A stretch of 64,000 nucleotides of DNA from a virus. The stretch spans positions 32,001 to 96,000 of the IMG/VR virus record IMGVR_UViG_3300026493_000016, one strand, 5' to 3'. The notes beneath the pieces are model-generated. The model saw only the letters and a list, made by a program, of their open reading frames with translations, was not told the origin of the DNA and ran no database searches. The first letter of the stretch is position 1. Every line of letters begins with the position of its first letter. A program made the translations under genes and the position numbers. This document shows positions 53,827 to 64,000 of the stretch, in pieces.

Positions 53827-54891
53827 TTACAGTCCCGCCTCGTCAATCAATGCATCGATGTCGACAGCATCTAAATCGTTAAGGTCGATTTCTGTATCAT
53901 TAAGAGGTGTCTCTAAGTCAACGCCTTCTAGGTCATCTACTTTAACTTCTTCTGTTTTTACAGGAGCTGCTTTGACAGGTTGAGTTGCTGTAGTTGCCGC
54001 TTGAGTTTGATAAGGGTTTGTAGCTTGTGCTGTGTTTGCTGGTGTTACTGGTTGGTTAGTAGTAGCAGGTGCTGATTGACCACCTTCTTTGGGAACATTT
54101 GAATCAGGGTCGTTACTGTTTTTCCCTTCCAATACATCCGCAAATCGTTGCACCCAGTTTAGTCCATTCTCTAATAACTCAGTTGCACGACCATGGAACG
54201 ATAAATCTTCCAATTCATTCTGCCATCCTTCACCTAATGGAGGTAGCTGGTTTTGGTAAACTGTAACAGGTGCTTCCATTTGACCTTGTTTAGGCTTCTG
54301 GATTAAGACTGGTGAACCCGCATTAGGGTCTAAGAATGACAATTGACGACCGCCAGCTAAACGCTTATCAGTTAATGATGAATTGATAGTTTTCATAGCT
54401 GAGTGAGGTACATCGAATAATCGAACAACTAACTTACCCTTCTCGTCTCGCTCTTGTTTTTGAGTTCCATCTGGATTCTCAATGATTTTAACACAGTTAA
54501 CTGTGAAGAACTGCTTAGGTTTTTGTTGTCCGCCGAATGGAGTAGGAATCATCTCCTTAGCTGTCCATTCGTCAATCTTAGCATCCAAGAATAAGCTACC
54601 GTCTTTCTTACCTGTTAATGTAAAAGTATTAGATAGTTTCTTTTGGTTCTTAGTTGTTGCTTGTAAGAAGATTTTACGGCAGTGTTCTGCAAATTTACCA
54701 TATAAATCAGCCGATGGTAAGATTTGAATGAATACTTCCGGTTCGTCCTTGCTTAAGAATAGACGTTTATGTTTAGCTGTAGGATAAACAACCTTAGGGT
54801 TGTTACCACTGTTACCAGAACCTCCACGTCCACCTCCAGAACCTTCTAATTCCTTACGTTGTTGTTCAATAATATCTGCAAAGTTTACCAT
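53827..54891 (-). CDS. single-stranded DNA-binding protein
   Basis: directly upstream of recA; IQILPS motif; acidic C-terminal tail. Confidence 0.7.
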   Translation of the reverse strand: MVNFADIIEQQRKELEGSGGGRGGSGNSGNNPKVVYPTAKHKRLFLSKDEPEVFIQILPSADLYGKFAEHCRKIFLQATTKNQKKLSNTFTLTGKKDGSLFLDAKIDEWTAKEMIPTPFGGQQKPKQFFTVNCVKIIENPDGTQKQERDEKGKLVVRLFDVPHSAMKTINSSLTDKRLAGGRQLSFLDPNAGSPVLIQKPKQGQMEAPVTVYQNQLPPLGEGWQNELEDLSFHGRATELLENGLNWVQRFADVLEGKNSNDPDSNVPKEGGQSAPATTNQPVTPANTAQATNPYQTQAATTATQPVKAAPVKTEEVKVDDLEGVDLETPLNDTEIDLNDLDAVDIDALIDEAGL

Positions 54892-55144
54892 TATTCATTT
54901 CTCCCTTGTTTTATAATTTTTGGTTTTTTACGTCCTCTTTGGGACAGCTGTTTAAAAGGGTTTAGCTACCTTTTTTCATCTCTCTGTACCTCTACCCTCC
55001 TTTAGTAGTTTGTAAGAATCCCTTCTTACTATTTCTATATACCATCAATCTATCAAAAAGGTAACTACATTGTGGTATTTTTTAATTTACTTTCTAAATA
55101 CTCTAATGCCCACTCGGAACCATCATCAGATAAAGCATAGTCTA

Positions 55145-55351
55145 CTACTTTATCGATAATACATTCGATAGCTTCATCTCGTGTATACTCATCTGCGTTG
55201 TACATATTAATCGTTCTTTGGACTTCGTATAACATGGTAATTCACCTGCCCCTCCGCAGTTGTCGCACACTGCATCATAACCTGTTCCATATCCAGAAAA
55301 GCCACTGCCACCACAGACAGTGCACTCCTCTGTAATTATTTTCTTATCCAT
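55145..55351 (-). CDS. small CxxCxGxG zinc-finger protein
   Basis: CTVCGGSG...CDNCGGAG. Confidence 0.7.
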   Translation of the reverse strand: MDKKIITEECTVCGGSGFSGYGTGYDAVCDNCGGAGELPCYTKSKERLICTTQMSIHEMKLSNVLSIK

Positions 55352-55752
55352 TATTTATCCCCACTAGTACGCAGCTTAATATCGGGGATAATCTCCTCTG
55401 GACGGAATACAACTTTGTAATGATATGCATCTTCGTATTTAGCATCTGTTTGTTCGATGAAGTAACTTACATTGTCGCTAAGACCTAAGTAATGCTTCTT
55501 ATACGTGTTGTCTTTTGTTTTACATGTTACAGTTACCTTCTTAGCGTCTGATGCATCCATAGCACATAACCCTTCAATAGATAACAGATACTTGTCTGTA
55601 ATACCGTTGAAGAATACTACTCGGCGTTGCACCTCAAAATTATCTGCTGATTCTGATAGGTTCTTAGAAACAGTGTCTGCCTCATTGGAACATGCTGCCA
55701 ATCCTGTTAACGCCATTAATGATATTAAACCTGCAATAATCTTCTTTTTCAT
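55351..55752 (-). CDS. phage lipoprotein
   Basis: lipobox LAAC; RRVVFFNGITD. Confidence 0.85.
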   Translation of the reverse strand: MKKKIIAGLISLMALTGLAACSNEADTVSKNLSESADNFEVQRRVVFFNGITDKYLLSIEGLCAMDASDAKKVTVTCKTKDNTYKKHYLGLSDNVSYFIEQTDAKYEDAYHYKVVFRPEEIIPDIKLRTSGDK

Positions 55753-55767
55753 AATAAACCCCTCCTA

Positions 55768-56158
55768 TTAGTTATCTAGTAAAGATAGTTCCTTTTGTAT
55801 TCTAGTACTTTCTAAAATCTCTCTAGCTTTTCTAAGGTCATGTATAACGCTGTCGGGCTTCTTCGTACCGTCCATGTTGTGCGTACACTTCGTGCAGTTA
55901 GAAGATAATTCCCCATCTTCACATATACATACATCGTTCCACCCACCTTTATATATTGTCCCTCTATTGGTTGAATACGCTCCGTCGTAAGTGCTCATAA
56001 TTCTGTTTCGCCTCCAATTTAGGAATTACTAATTCTTCTATAAACATCTCACATAGCTGCATGTCTGTCATATCTGGGAAGCATCCGTCCTGTTTTGCCT
56101 CCTGTGCAAGACGGTACGCGTACCCATAATAAAAGTACACCTTTTGCTCAGACGTCAT
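55768..56158 (-). CDS. hypothetical genes (55768-55998, 55964-56158)
   Basis: ORF track. Confidence 0.65.
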
Positions 56159-56165
56159 CTGTTCT

Positions 56166-56654
56166 CTAATTGCCACTAAACACACTCCCCGCTTTATGTC
56201 CGTATTGTGAATCGTTAGCCAACTGCTTACCGATAGATTGAAGCATGTTGCTACGTTGTTCAAATGCCTTTACAATACGAGATGTACGACCTAAAATCTG
56301 TTCAAATTCTATTACACGTTTACGCTGCTGGTCATATTCAGTTCGAGTCTTAATATAAGCATCGACGGCATCCTTTGTAGGTTTCTCGCTTTTGGCTTTG
56401 ATTTCCGCTCTCGCTGCGGCGTCCAGCGTGGCTACTATCTGCTCTAGTTTTAGTTCTTGGCGTTCTAGTAGGTAACGTACTTTCTCGTGCAGAGCGGACC
56501 AATAGACGTATTTAACAGGTTGCTCTAACATCTCCTCCTGTAAGTTTACAGGGTTAATTTTTAACTCTTCTCGCAAATCGAACGATTCTACTAACCCGTT
56601 TGTATCTTTAATAGTAATCTCATCGAAATCGAGGAAATCTACTGGAATGTTCAC
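56166..56654 (-). CDS. UvsY-like recombination mediator
   Basis: ELKIN..NL.EEM..QP.KY.YW...T..AV..YI; helical. Confidence 0.6.
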   Translation of the reverse strand: MNIPVDFLDFDEITIKDTNGLVESFDLREELKINPVNLQEEMLEQPVKYVYWSALHEKVRYLLERQELKLEQIVATLDAAARAEIKAKSEKPTKDAVDAYIKTRTEYDQQRKRVIEFEQILGRTSRIVKAFEQRSNMLQSIGKQLANDSQYGHKAGSVFSGN

Positions 56655-59600
56655 TCGACATCCTCCTCTGGTTCTACGTAGTCTTGTAATAAACTGTAAT
56701 CTAAGCTGTCTTTTAGAGGACCGTTACCTTCCTTTAGTGGTACAAAGTCAAACTTATCTAAGAAGTCTTCGACATAAACCCAATACTTTACTAGCACTGA
56801 TTTCCTGTCATAAAACTCAATACGGAATGCTTCGTTATCTTCCTCTACGATAACAACAACTTTCGTGTCAAAACCACCGTCACGCTCGTCCTCGTAACCG
56901 TACCAGAATGTTAGATTTGTGTAAGCCACATGGTTCTCTAACAGGTCTTGCAAGATTCTTCGTTGTTCGCGATAAATCTCACCTGTTCGCTCTAAGTTAT
57001 CTCTTAATCTAGTTCTTAGTTTTAGAGTAGGTTTCTGTACAATGATAAACTTCTCTAATGCTTGTTCTACAGTCATTAACACATGTTCACCAGTTTCTGC
57101 TACTATTGTTCTAGCTCTATGTGCCTCTTTTATATCGGTGTCTAGTTTCTTTGCGATATCTTTTAGCAACACATTAGCCCAATGTGACTTAGCTAGTAGA
57201 ACCTCTTTGTATACCTCATTCTTGACGAAATGTTCGTTTGTTTCACCAGTATACCTTAGCATTCTTCTTCCTCCGTTTCCTCATCGTCATGCATGTACCA
57301 AAGGTCACAATCCTCCGGTGTTACGGGTAACAGTAGAAGGAACACACCTTTACTAATCTTTTTATCTACAATATCTTTATGCTTGTACATACACTCGTCG
57401 CAAATATGTCCGTACATGTTAACTCCCCCTTATAAAATATAGAATACTTTTTGCCAATAACCGTTATCTACTACTACTGGTCGTCCTTCTTCATCGATAA
57501 AGATAAGGTAGCCCTCTGTACTTTCTTCGTATTCATCATCCACGTCTGTCTCGTTCATTGTTTTTAAGAACTCTTCTTCGGTTAAGTTAGCCCACTCTGT
57601 GTGACATCGTTTAATAGATTGATAGATGTGATTCTTCTCAAACTGCACTACTTTCTTGCCATTTTCGACATACCATTCAGTTTCTCCAGTATAAATAGCT
57701 TTCATATTAAATTTCCCCTTTCACTTTATCTTCGAATTTAATAACCCATTGGTCATCATCAACTTCTAAGAAGAATAACTCGGTCTTGATTATACTTGAA
57801 TCTAACACCTCAGCTGTAGCCCTAGTAACGATGTACATAACACCGTCAATGTTAACTAATTTACCCTTTCTAAGGTCTTCATGAGATTTATCTGTAGTAT
57901 GACCATACTTTATGATACCTTCATCCCCTCGTAAAACCCAAGAGTAGTTATACTCATCTCCTTTAAGTCTAACCTCCGTTATCGTTAACCGTCTTTCTCT
58001 AGCTATATACACGCTACACACTCCTATCCGATTTTAATAGTTCAGTAATTTCCCCACCGTGAATCGTGTTTAAGAATGTTGAAAACTTTGTTTCTCGTAC
58101 GTTCATTAAACCTTGTAATCCAAAGCTCGTCCCTGATACGATATACCTTGTCCCATCCATAGTGTACGAGCGTCCTTGATTAAAAAAGAACTCCCCTCTT
58201 CCTTGGTCAATTATATTTTCATTCGCTTGCATCAATACCCAAGATGATTCTTTTGTTTCTTGGTGCTTAAACTGTTTTAACGTTAGTTCTTGTCTGCAAG
58301 ATGGCATTTAATAAACTCCTCCTCCGTCTTATTTGCTAACTCTACCAATTTCCTTCCCATCTCTCTAGCATTAGATGGATGTAGATATATGATACCGCTC
58401 TCGTAAATGTAATCGGTTATGTCTAGTTCTATACTAGCCTCAAGCGTTTTATCTTTTCGTTCCTCTACATAACCTGATACAGCTACGTAAGCCTTGTCCG
58501 TACCATCTATATCGAAACAATCAATCTGTTTCCTCCTCATGTTCTACCTCCTTATCATAGCATGGTTTTTGAATGATGTCAACACTTTCTTGAAATTCTT
58601 GTGACACTTCAAAACAAGCTGCCATTTTAGCTAAATCCCTAGTTTCATAGAAAACATCCCATCCCATAACACGTCTACCTTCTCGATATCCGTTAGATAA
58701 CGCTTGTTTTGATACATCAATCTTGACTGCTAGCTCTGCCCATGTATCCGCTTTGTGTAGTTCCCCTCCTTTTTCTACACCTTTTATCATGTATGCTGGA
58801 GGTGTGTCACCTACATACCACATTCGCCAACCCATTATCTGTTCCCATTCCTTGTTTAACACCTTACTTACTGAGTTGCGAGATAATCTGTTGTCATCTG
58901 CGAACACTGATGCGTTATCATGTATCGTAATCTCATTTTCATAAGGGTCATAAACATAGAATGGTAGTTTAGTTTGGTTAGGTAGTACACGTAGTACAAA
59001 CATGTCCCTATTCGCACTACCTGTCATGTCACCTATAATATGATAGTAACCTTCCATCATAATTATTTCTGTTAGTGGATACGTCTTTATATATTGTTTA
59101 CCTGTAAATGTATCTGTAGCTAAGAACGTTACTGTTGATGTTAGCGGTCTTCGGATTTTAGATACGTACGCTATTTTCTTGTTCATCAGAAGTTCTTCGC
59201 CGCATCTAAAATGTCATCGTAATCTACACCAGCTTCATATGCTGCCTTTAACGCAATATCTAACTTCTTCTTAGCTTCTTCGATTTTGTGTTGCTTTTGT
59301 TTCTCAATAAAGTCCTCTAACTCTTCTAGCGTGTAATCATATAGATTAGGTACGGTATACGTCTTACCCCATCTAGATTGCAATAATGTAGAAATAATCA
59401 TGTGCACACGCTGCTCATTTAACATAACATTTGCTGATTCCCCATCTGATGTATCCGTCATCAACAACGATGCGTATAAATCGTGCGCCCCATCCTCTAA
59501 TTCAAATTTACAACCTAAGTGGTCTGCGAAAGTTAATTTTACCGCCATGTGTATCTCCTCCTTGTTTGGTATAATATTATTCTATCACACTATTTATAGT

Positions 59601-60166
59601 TTGTCAATAAAAAAAAAAGAAGAGATTATTTCTCTTCTTCTACGTAGTACCCATATTCCCATTTAACTGTTTCTCCGTGATACTCTATTGCGTTACAATT
59701 CTTACATTTAGTACCTACTAGATGATACACGCGATTATCATCCCCGATACGCTCGGAGTGGATTGTACGCGATGTTTCGGTAATATGTTTATGCTTGCAA
59801 AATTGACGCTTAATAAAATCAACGATTTTCATCCCATTCTCTCCCTTATCTCTTTAGTAGCCATTTTGTTTAATCTTTCTAGTAGTTTTTCTAAGTCTAG
59901 TAAGTCATCCCAATCCGCTTGATATAGGTCTAATTTCTTTGTTTGTCCTAATAATTTAATTAATTCTTCTATCTTACCCATCTGTTTCCCCACGCTCCTT
60001 CCTCCATCCGTATTGCTAGTTCTGTCTCTAAGTTCTCAGTTAACTTCTTAGATAGAGAGGTAAGACGTGCTAAGTCTTCCCAATCCATCTCTTGTATATT
60101 GTTAGTTAACAAGCGCTGTGTATACTCTGTCAGGTTTCTTAAGTGATTAACGTTTTCTGTATGCAT
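56651..60166 (-). CDS. hypothetical genes (56651-57262 and its paralog 57430-57705, 57707-58021, 58014-58307, 58283-58540, 58521-59186 with HTH-like repeats, 59186-59548, 59626-59832, 59969-60166)
   Basis: ORF track; coupling and RBSs. Confidence 0.72.
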
Positions 60167-63100
60167 CTTTATTAGCCTCCATTAGATTAATAAACTCATC
60201 GTACTTCTCTTCTGTTAACTTACCACAGTTCTTACAGTTTTTCAAGTGTTTCTTTTTCATATGGTAGTCACAATATCCTTTAACTGTAGCGAAAGTAGAT
60301 AGGTCTTCTGCATCGTAGTCTACCATATCATTGTAAGTGATACCAATCTCTGCATCAGCTGTTACTGGGAATCTAGTACGTTCTCCTTCCCAATCGATAT
60401 ATAACCAGTCGATAGGTAAATTTTCCATTACGTGAACACCAATCTTAGCCATTTGTTTAATCTCTTCTGGTGGGCAATCGATTACGATACTATCGTGTAC
60501 TGTCATAACGATACGAGAACGTAAGTTTAGCTTCTCGATAATCTTGTTGATTAGGATAACTGAAGAGTTTGTTAAGAATGCGCCAGTACCCTGTACACGT
60601 GTATTGTTCGATTGACGAAGTGCCTCGTTCTGTTTACTTTTATCTTTAGAGAAAATATCTCGAAGGTTACGAGTGAATCCTTGTTTCGTTTCGATATATC
60701 CATGGTCACGTACAAACTGCTTGTTACCTTCGATGTATGCTTCTACCGTTGGTTTCCCTGCGAAGAAGTCTTTAAATAGCTGCTCTGCCTCTTCTAATGT
60801 CATGTCCCACTTCGGCGCGAAGGACATCGGTACCTCACCATATACTACACCGAACGATACGGCTTTTGCTTTTGTACGTTCATCATCTGTGATTTCATCG
60901 ATAAGCTTCTTGAATGTTAATGCTGCTGTCTCTTTATGGATGTCAGCACCTTCAATGAACGACTTAATCATTTCATAGTCACCAGAATCTAATGCTAGAA
61001 TACGAGATTCTAAGGCACTATAATCGAGCTGGATTAATGCTCCGCCATCGAATGATGTAACGAACTCTCGTTTAATCGGGTTGATATAGTCGAATCGAGT
61101 AATATCACCAGACTTCCTTGGTAAATTTTGTAAATTAGGACCAGCTGATGATAACCGAGATGTCGCTGTACCTGTAGGATTGAATCGTCCGTGTAATCGT
61201 CCATCCGCATCTACCATTTCCAAGAACTTATAAGTGAATGATTGTTTACGAGTTTTAACTAAAGAATACTCTAGGTAAATCTCTGCAAGTTCTTTATGTT
61301 CCGGATAGTTGTCCTTAATGTACTCGAACGCTGTCTTATCCGCTTTAAAGTGATACCATTCTGCCTCATGCTCTGTTATGTTGTTGTTTAAAGCAGTATC
61401 TGTAAGATACTCTCGGTTAAATGGTAACTGTACCTCATTGATAAGGTACCATGCGCGTTGTTTGTCATCTGAAGATGCTGGATTAAACTTTCGTTTCTCT
61501 GGGTCCATAAGTTTAGTTCGCAATTTCTCAGTTTCTGGGTCACGCTCTGCTTTTGGTTTAGCAAACTCTTCTACACCCATCTGGTACAGTTCTTCTTTGT
61601 AAGCTTCAACATCCTTCGACGTTTTATATGTGCGTATAAGCTCGATTAAGCGCTGTTCTTCTGCGATGTATATCTCAGCCATATGTTTCACATAAGGGAT
61701 GTCTAATTGGACGCCAGTAGCCTCTAACTTAGCTAGTACATTAGTTAGTTCTACATAATGGTTCGAGTACAGGTCAATCTTCTTCGTTAACCCTTCATCG
61801 TGTGCTCGTTTATCTAACGCGTTGTAGATACGTAAACACACATCAACGTCACCTGCTGCATAAGGACTTAGCATTTCAAAGAAAGGAATCCATTCATAAT
61901 TAAAATCACTACCATCAATTTCATTACGCGGACTCTGTGGTGTTCCGAAATCGGGCATCTTAGGCTTCACATATTTTAAATCCTGCTGTTTTAATAGAAG
62001 CTCACCAATCTGCTCCATAATGGTAGGGTTATCCTCTTTTGTTTTCATGTCTTTCTTGTAAGCTGTATTCTGTTTCTTGAGTACTTTTACTACTTCTTTT
62101 AACTCTTTAATCTGTGCGTTAGCTTCTGCACGGTCAAGTGTACATTGTTCTTTCCATTCATCCTTAAGTTTGTCGATACGCTTCTTATCTTCAGCGAGAG
62201 CATTCTTCTTAAAGTTTTCCTTGAAGTCTTCTAGCTCTCTATCATATCCGCCCATATCTGTAAATTCATATGTTAAGTCTGATAGTCGTAAAGAGTCTTT
62301 TACTTCTTGGTTGACTAGTAGCCAGTACATAACCTGTGTATCTCGGTTATTATTAAACACTGTGATGTTTCTAGTTAAACGAAGGAAGCGAATATCGAAC
62401 TTAATATTATGCCCGACTTTAATCTGTTTAGAACCTACGAACTCTTCTACGAATTTATAAATCTCAGCTAACTCTCCTAGATTCCAAGTGAAACATTTAT
62501 GCTGCAAAGGTATGGTGACACCTTGTCCCTCACGCCACGATAAGCTAATACATAAAGGTTTAGCTCCTACCTTCTCTGCACTTAATGTGTTAGTCTCTAA
62601 ATCCCATGCAACTACAGGAGCATTAACAATCTCTTTAGTGAATATCTCACGTACACGTGCAATCGTGGTAACGTCCTCGTACGTCACTTTCTTAGGCATG
62701 AACGCTGAGTAACCATCCTCTACATATTTCTTTAAGATACCCATATCTGCCACTACTAAGTTAGTAATCTTAGGCTGGAACAACAAATATTCCATAGAAT
62801 AAGTAGGGAGAATCCAACATTCATGTGTCTCGTCTGTTAATTTAGATGTGATAATCTCTCGTCTAGGCACACCTCGAAGTTTAGAAATCTCTGATTTTCC
62901 TATTGTAGCCTTACACGACATATTACCCATCGGAACAATAACATCGGGTTTGTCTTTAATAACCCGAGCTGAGAACTCTTCGTATAACGGGTTTGCTTCT
63001 TTCTGCGTTACGGGTACGTATGATACTGCTTTCTTATTTCTATTACGCGTACGGACCTTAGGGACACGTTTAAACGCGTAATCGATGTACCACTGGTCTT

Positions 63101-63248
63101 GTTTAAGGTTCAATCCTTTCTTACCTACCAGAGCTGCTAGTGTTTTACCTGCTTCAGTATTGTGGTAGTTAAATTCTAGTTCGTTTGTTCCGCGCTTCTG
63201 TTTGAAGTGCTCTTCGCGGATGTGGTCTAGCGCAAACATAATTTTCAT
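60147..63248 (-). CDS. polA: family A DNA polymerase with N-terminal uracil-DNA-glycosylase-like domain and 3'-5' exonuclease
   Basis: WDLET, GHNIKFD, YAAGDV, TSRLSS..PNLQN, DYSALESR, K..SFGVVYG, VHDS. Confidence 0.97.
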   Translation of the reverse strand: MKIMFALDHIREEHFKQKRGTNELEFNYHNTEAGKTLAALVGKKGLNLKQDQWYIDYAFKRVPKVRTRNRNKKAVSYVPVTQKEANPLYEEFSARVIKDKPDVIVPMGNMSCKATIGKSEISKLRGVPRREIITSKLTDETHECWILPTYSMEYLLFQPKITNLVVADMGILKKYVEDGYSAFMPKKVTYEDVTTIARVREIFTKEIVNAPVVAWDLETNTLSAEKVGAKPLCISLSWREGQGVTIPLQHKCFTWNLGELAEIYKFVEEFVGSKQIKVGHNIKFDIRFLRLTRNITVFNNNRDTQVMYWLLVNQEVKDSLRLSDLTYEFTDMGGYDRELEDFKENFKKNALAEDKKRIDKLKDEWKEQCTLDRAEANAQIKELKEVVKVLKKQNTAYKKDMKTKEDNPTIMEQIGELLLKQQDLKYVKPKMPDFGTPQSPRNEIDGSDFNYEWIPFFEMLSPYAAGDVDVCLRIYNALDKRAHDEGLTKKIDLYSNHYVELTNVLAKLEATGVQLDIPYVKHMAEIYIAEEQRLIELIRTYKTSKDVEAYKEELYQMGVEEFAKPKAERDPETEKLRTKLMDPEKRKFNPASSDDKQRAWYLINEVQLPFNREYLTDTALNNNITEHEAEWYHFKADKTAFEYIKDNYPEHKELAEIYLEYSLVKTRKQSFTYKFLEMVDADGRLHGRFNPTGTATSRLSSAGPNLQNLPRKSGDITRFDYINPIKREFVTSFDGGALIQLDYSALESRILALDSGDYEMIKSFIEGADIHKETAALTFKKLIDEITDDERTKAKAVSFGVVYGEVPMSFAPKWDMTLEEAEQLFKDFFAGKPTVEAYIEGNKQFVRDHGYIETKQGFTRNLRDIFSKDKSKQNEALRQSNNTRVQGTGAFLTNSSVILINKIIEKLNLRSRIVMTVHDSIVIDCPPEEIKQMAKIGVHVMENLPIDWLYIDWEGERTRFPVTADAEIGITYNDMVDYDAEDLSTFATVKGYCDYHMKKKHLKNCKNCGKLTEEKYDEFINLMEANKDAYRKR

Positions 63249-63459
63249 TAAATCTCCTCCTTGCTACTATAATACCATAATATCATAAATCTGTCAATAC
63301 AAAAAAGAGAAGAGCTATTTGCTCTCCTCTTTCTCTTTCATTCTCTTTTTCATTTCCTCGATACGGTCTCGACAATCACAGCAACATCCGCCTTGAGTTC
63401 TATGAATCACTGGATAAACTTCGATACCACAAGCATCACATGTAGGTCTATAACTCATA

Positions 63460-63982
63460 CTACCAACTCTCCTTATCTACTATAATACGTTCACCTTCTG
63501 TGTATGTTTTGTATACGTAATAGTAGTTAACTTTGTTAGTGTTGATGTTTATGTCATTAAACGTAATCCACTCATAATTACTGTTGTTATCGCAGAAGTC
63601 GTTGAATGACTCTGTCTCTACGTTTACAATAGACTTCATGCTACCATCATCGAATACAAAGTGTAATGTCATTAACACCTTTTCTTTTTCTTCAACTACT
63701 TCTTCTACTTTCTTCTTCTTAAAAAAGTTTAGTATCCACATATTAAATCTCCTTCCAGAACGTCGCGTTCTTAAGGATATTCTGGATGTCAACTAAGTCT
63801 AATTGATGTAACTCATACAATAAGTCATCTACAGACACAGGTTTATAATTACCATCATCTAACATTGGAATATCCATCATACGTGTTTCCTCATGTTCAA
63901 CAATAACTAGTTTCTTACCAGCAGTCATTACACCTGCTAAATCTGTCTTCTCCATAATCCAGTCACTGTATTTTGCTTTCAC
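63460..63982 (-). CDS. hypothetical genes (63460-63741; 63743-63982, possibly 5'-truncated)
   Basis: ORF track. Confidence 0.65.
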
Positions 63983-64000
63983 ATGGTTGTATTCTTTTGC

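Noticed and set aside
52521-63248. Intron or intein in recA or polA, common in this phage family
   Set aside because: Both frames are continuous, with no intein C/S...HN junctions or homing endonuclease ORF.
9355-63796. Many + strand ORFs of 60-137 aa in the ORF track
   Set aside because: They overlap - strand genes that have RBSs and coupling; S/L/F-rich antisense shadows.
1-64000. tRNA or rRNA genes
   Set aside because: No cloverleaf with a T-loop and acceptor stem was recognised by eye; tRNAscan-SE would be decisive.

Overview
64 kb of a large lytic Bacillus-type myovirus genome (Herelleviridae, SPO1/Bastille-like; inferred from gene content and from sigma-A promoters with strong RBSs). 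From the left: (1) 1-6.5 kb, small + strand genes, including five unrelated basic proteins sharing an N-terminal M(T)R(H/Y)TRN(R/K)Q tag and a cluster of small membrane proteins. (2) 7.6-9.3 kb, an ORF-free block with 24 phased copies of a 15-bp CodY-box-like palindrome. (3) 9.3-23.2 kb, a - strand early/host-takeover module built from about 12 near-identical promoter-leader-RBS cassettes. It encodes Sm/SH3-like small barrels, an Ocr-like acidic protein, and a 139-aa protein that looks stitched together from catalytic motifs of DNA polymerase A and RecA. (4) 23.4-50 kb, accessory and conserved genes: two Tad2/DUF2829-like proteins, an Apyc1-like MBL hydrolase, a SigF/G-like sigma factor split at an A7 run, a MazG-like protein, a PD-(D/E)XK nuclease and a metallophosphoesterase. 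(5) 50-64 kb, the core module: holin, phage sigma factor, RecA, SSB, UvsY-like protein and family A DNA polymerase. I saw no tRNA, rRNA, CRISPR array, intron or intein. All family assignments come from recognising motifs by eye, not from database searches.
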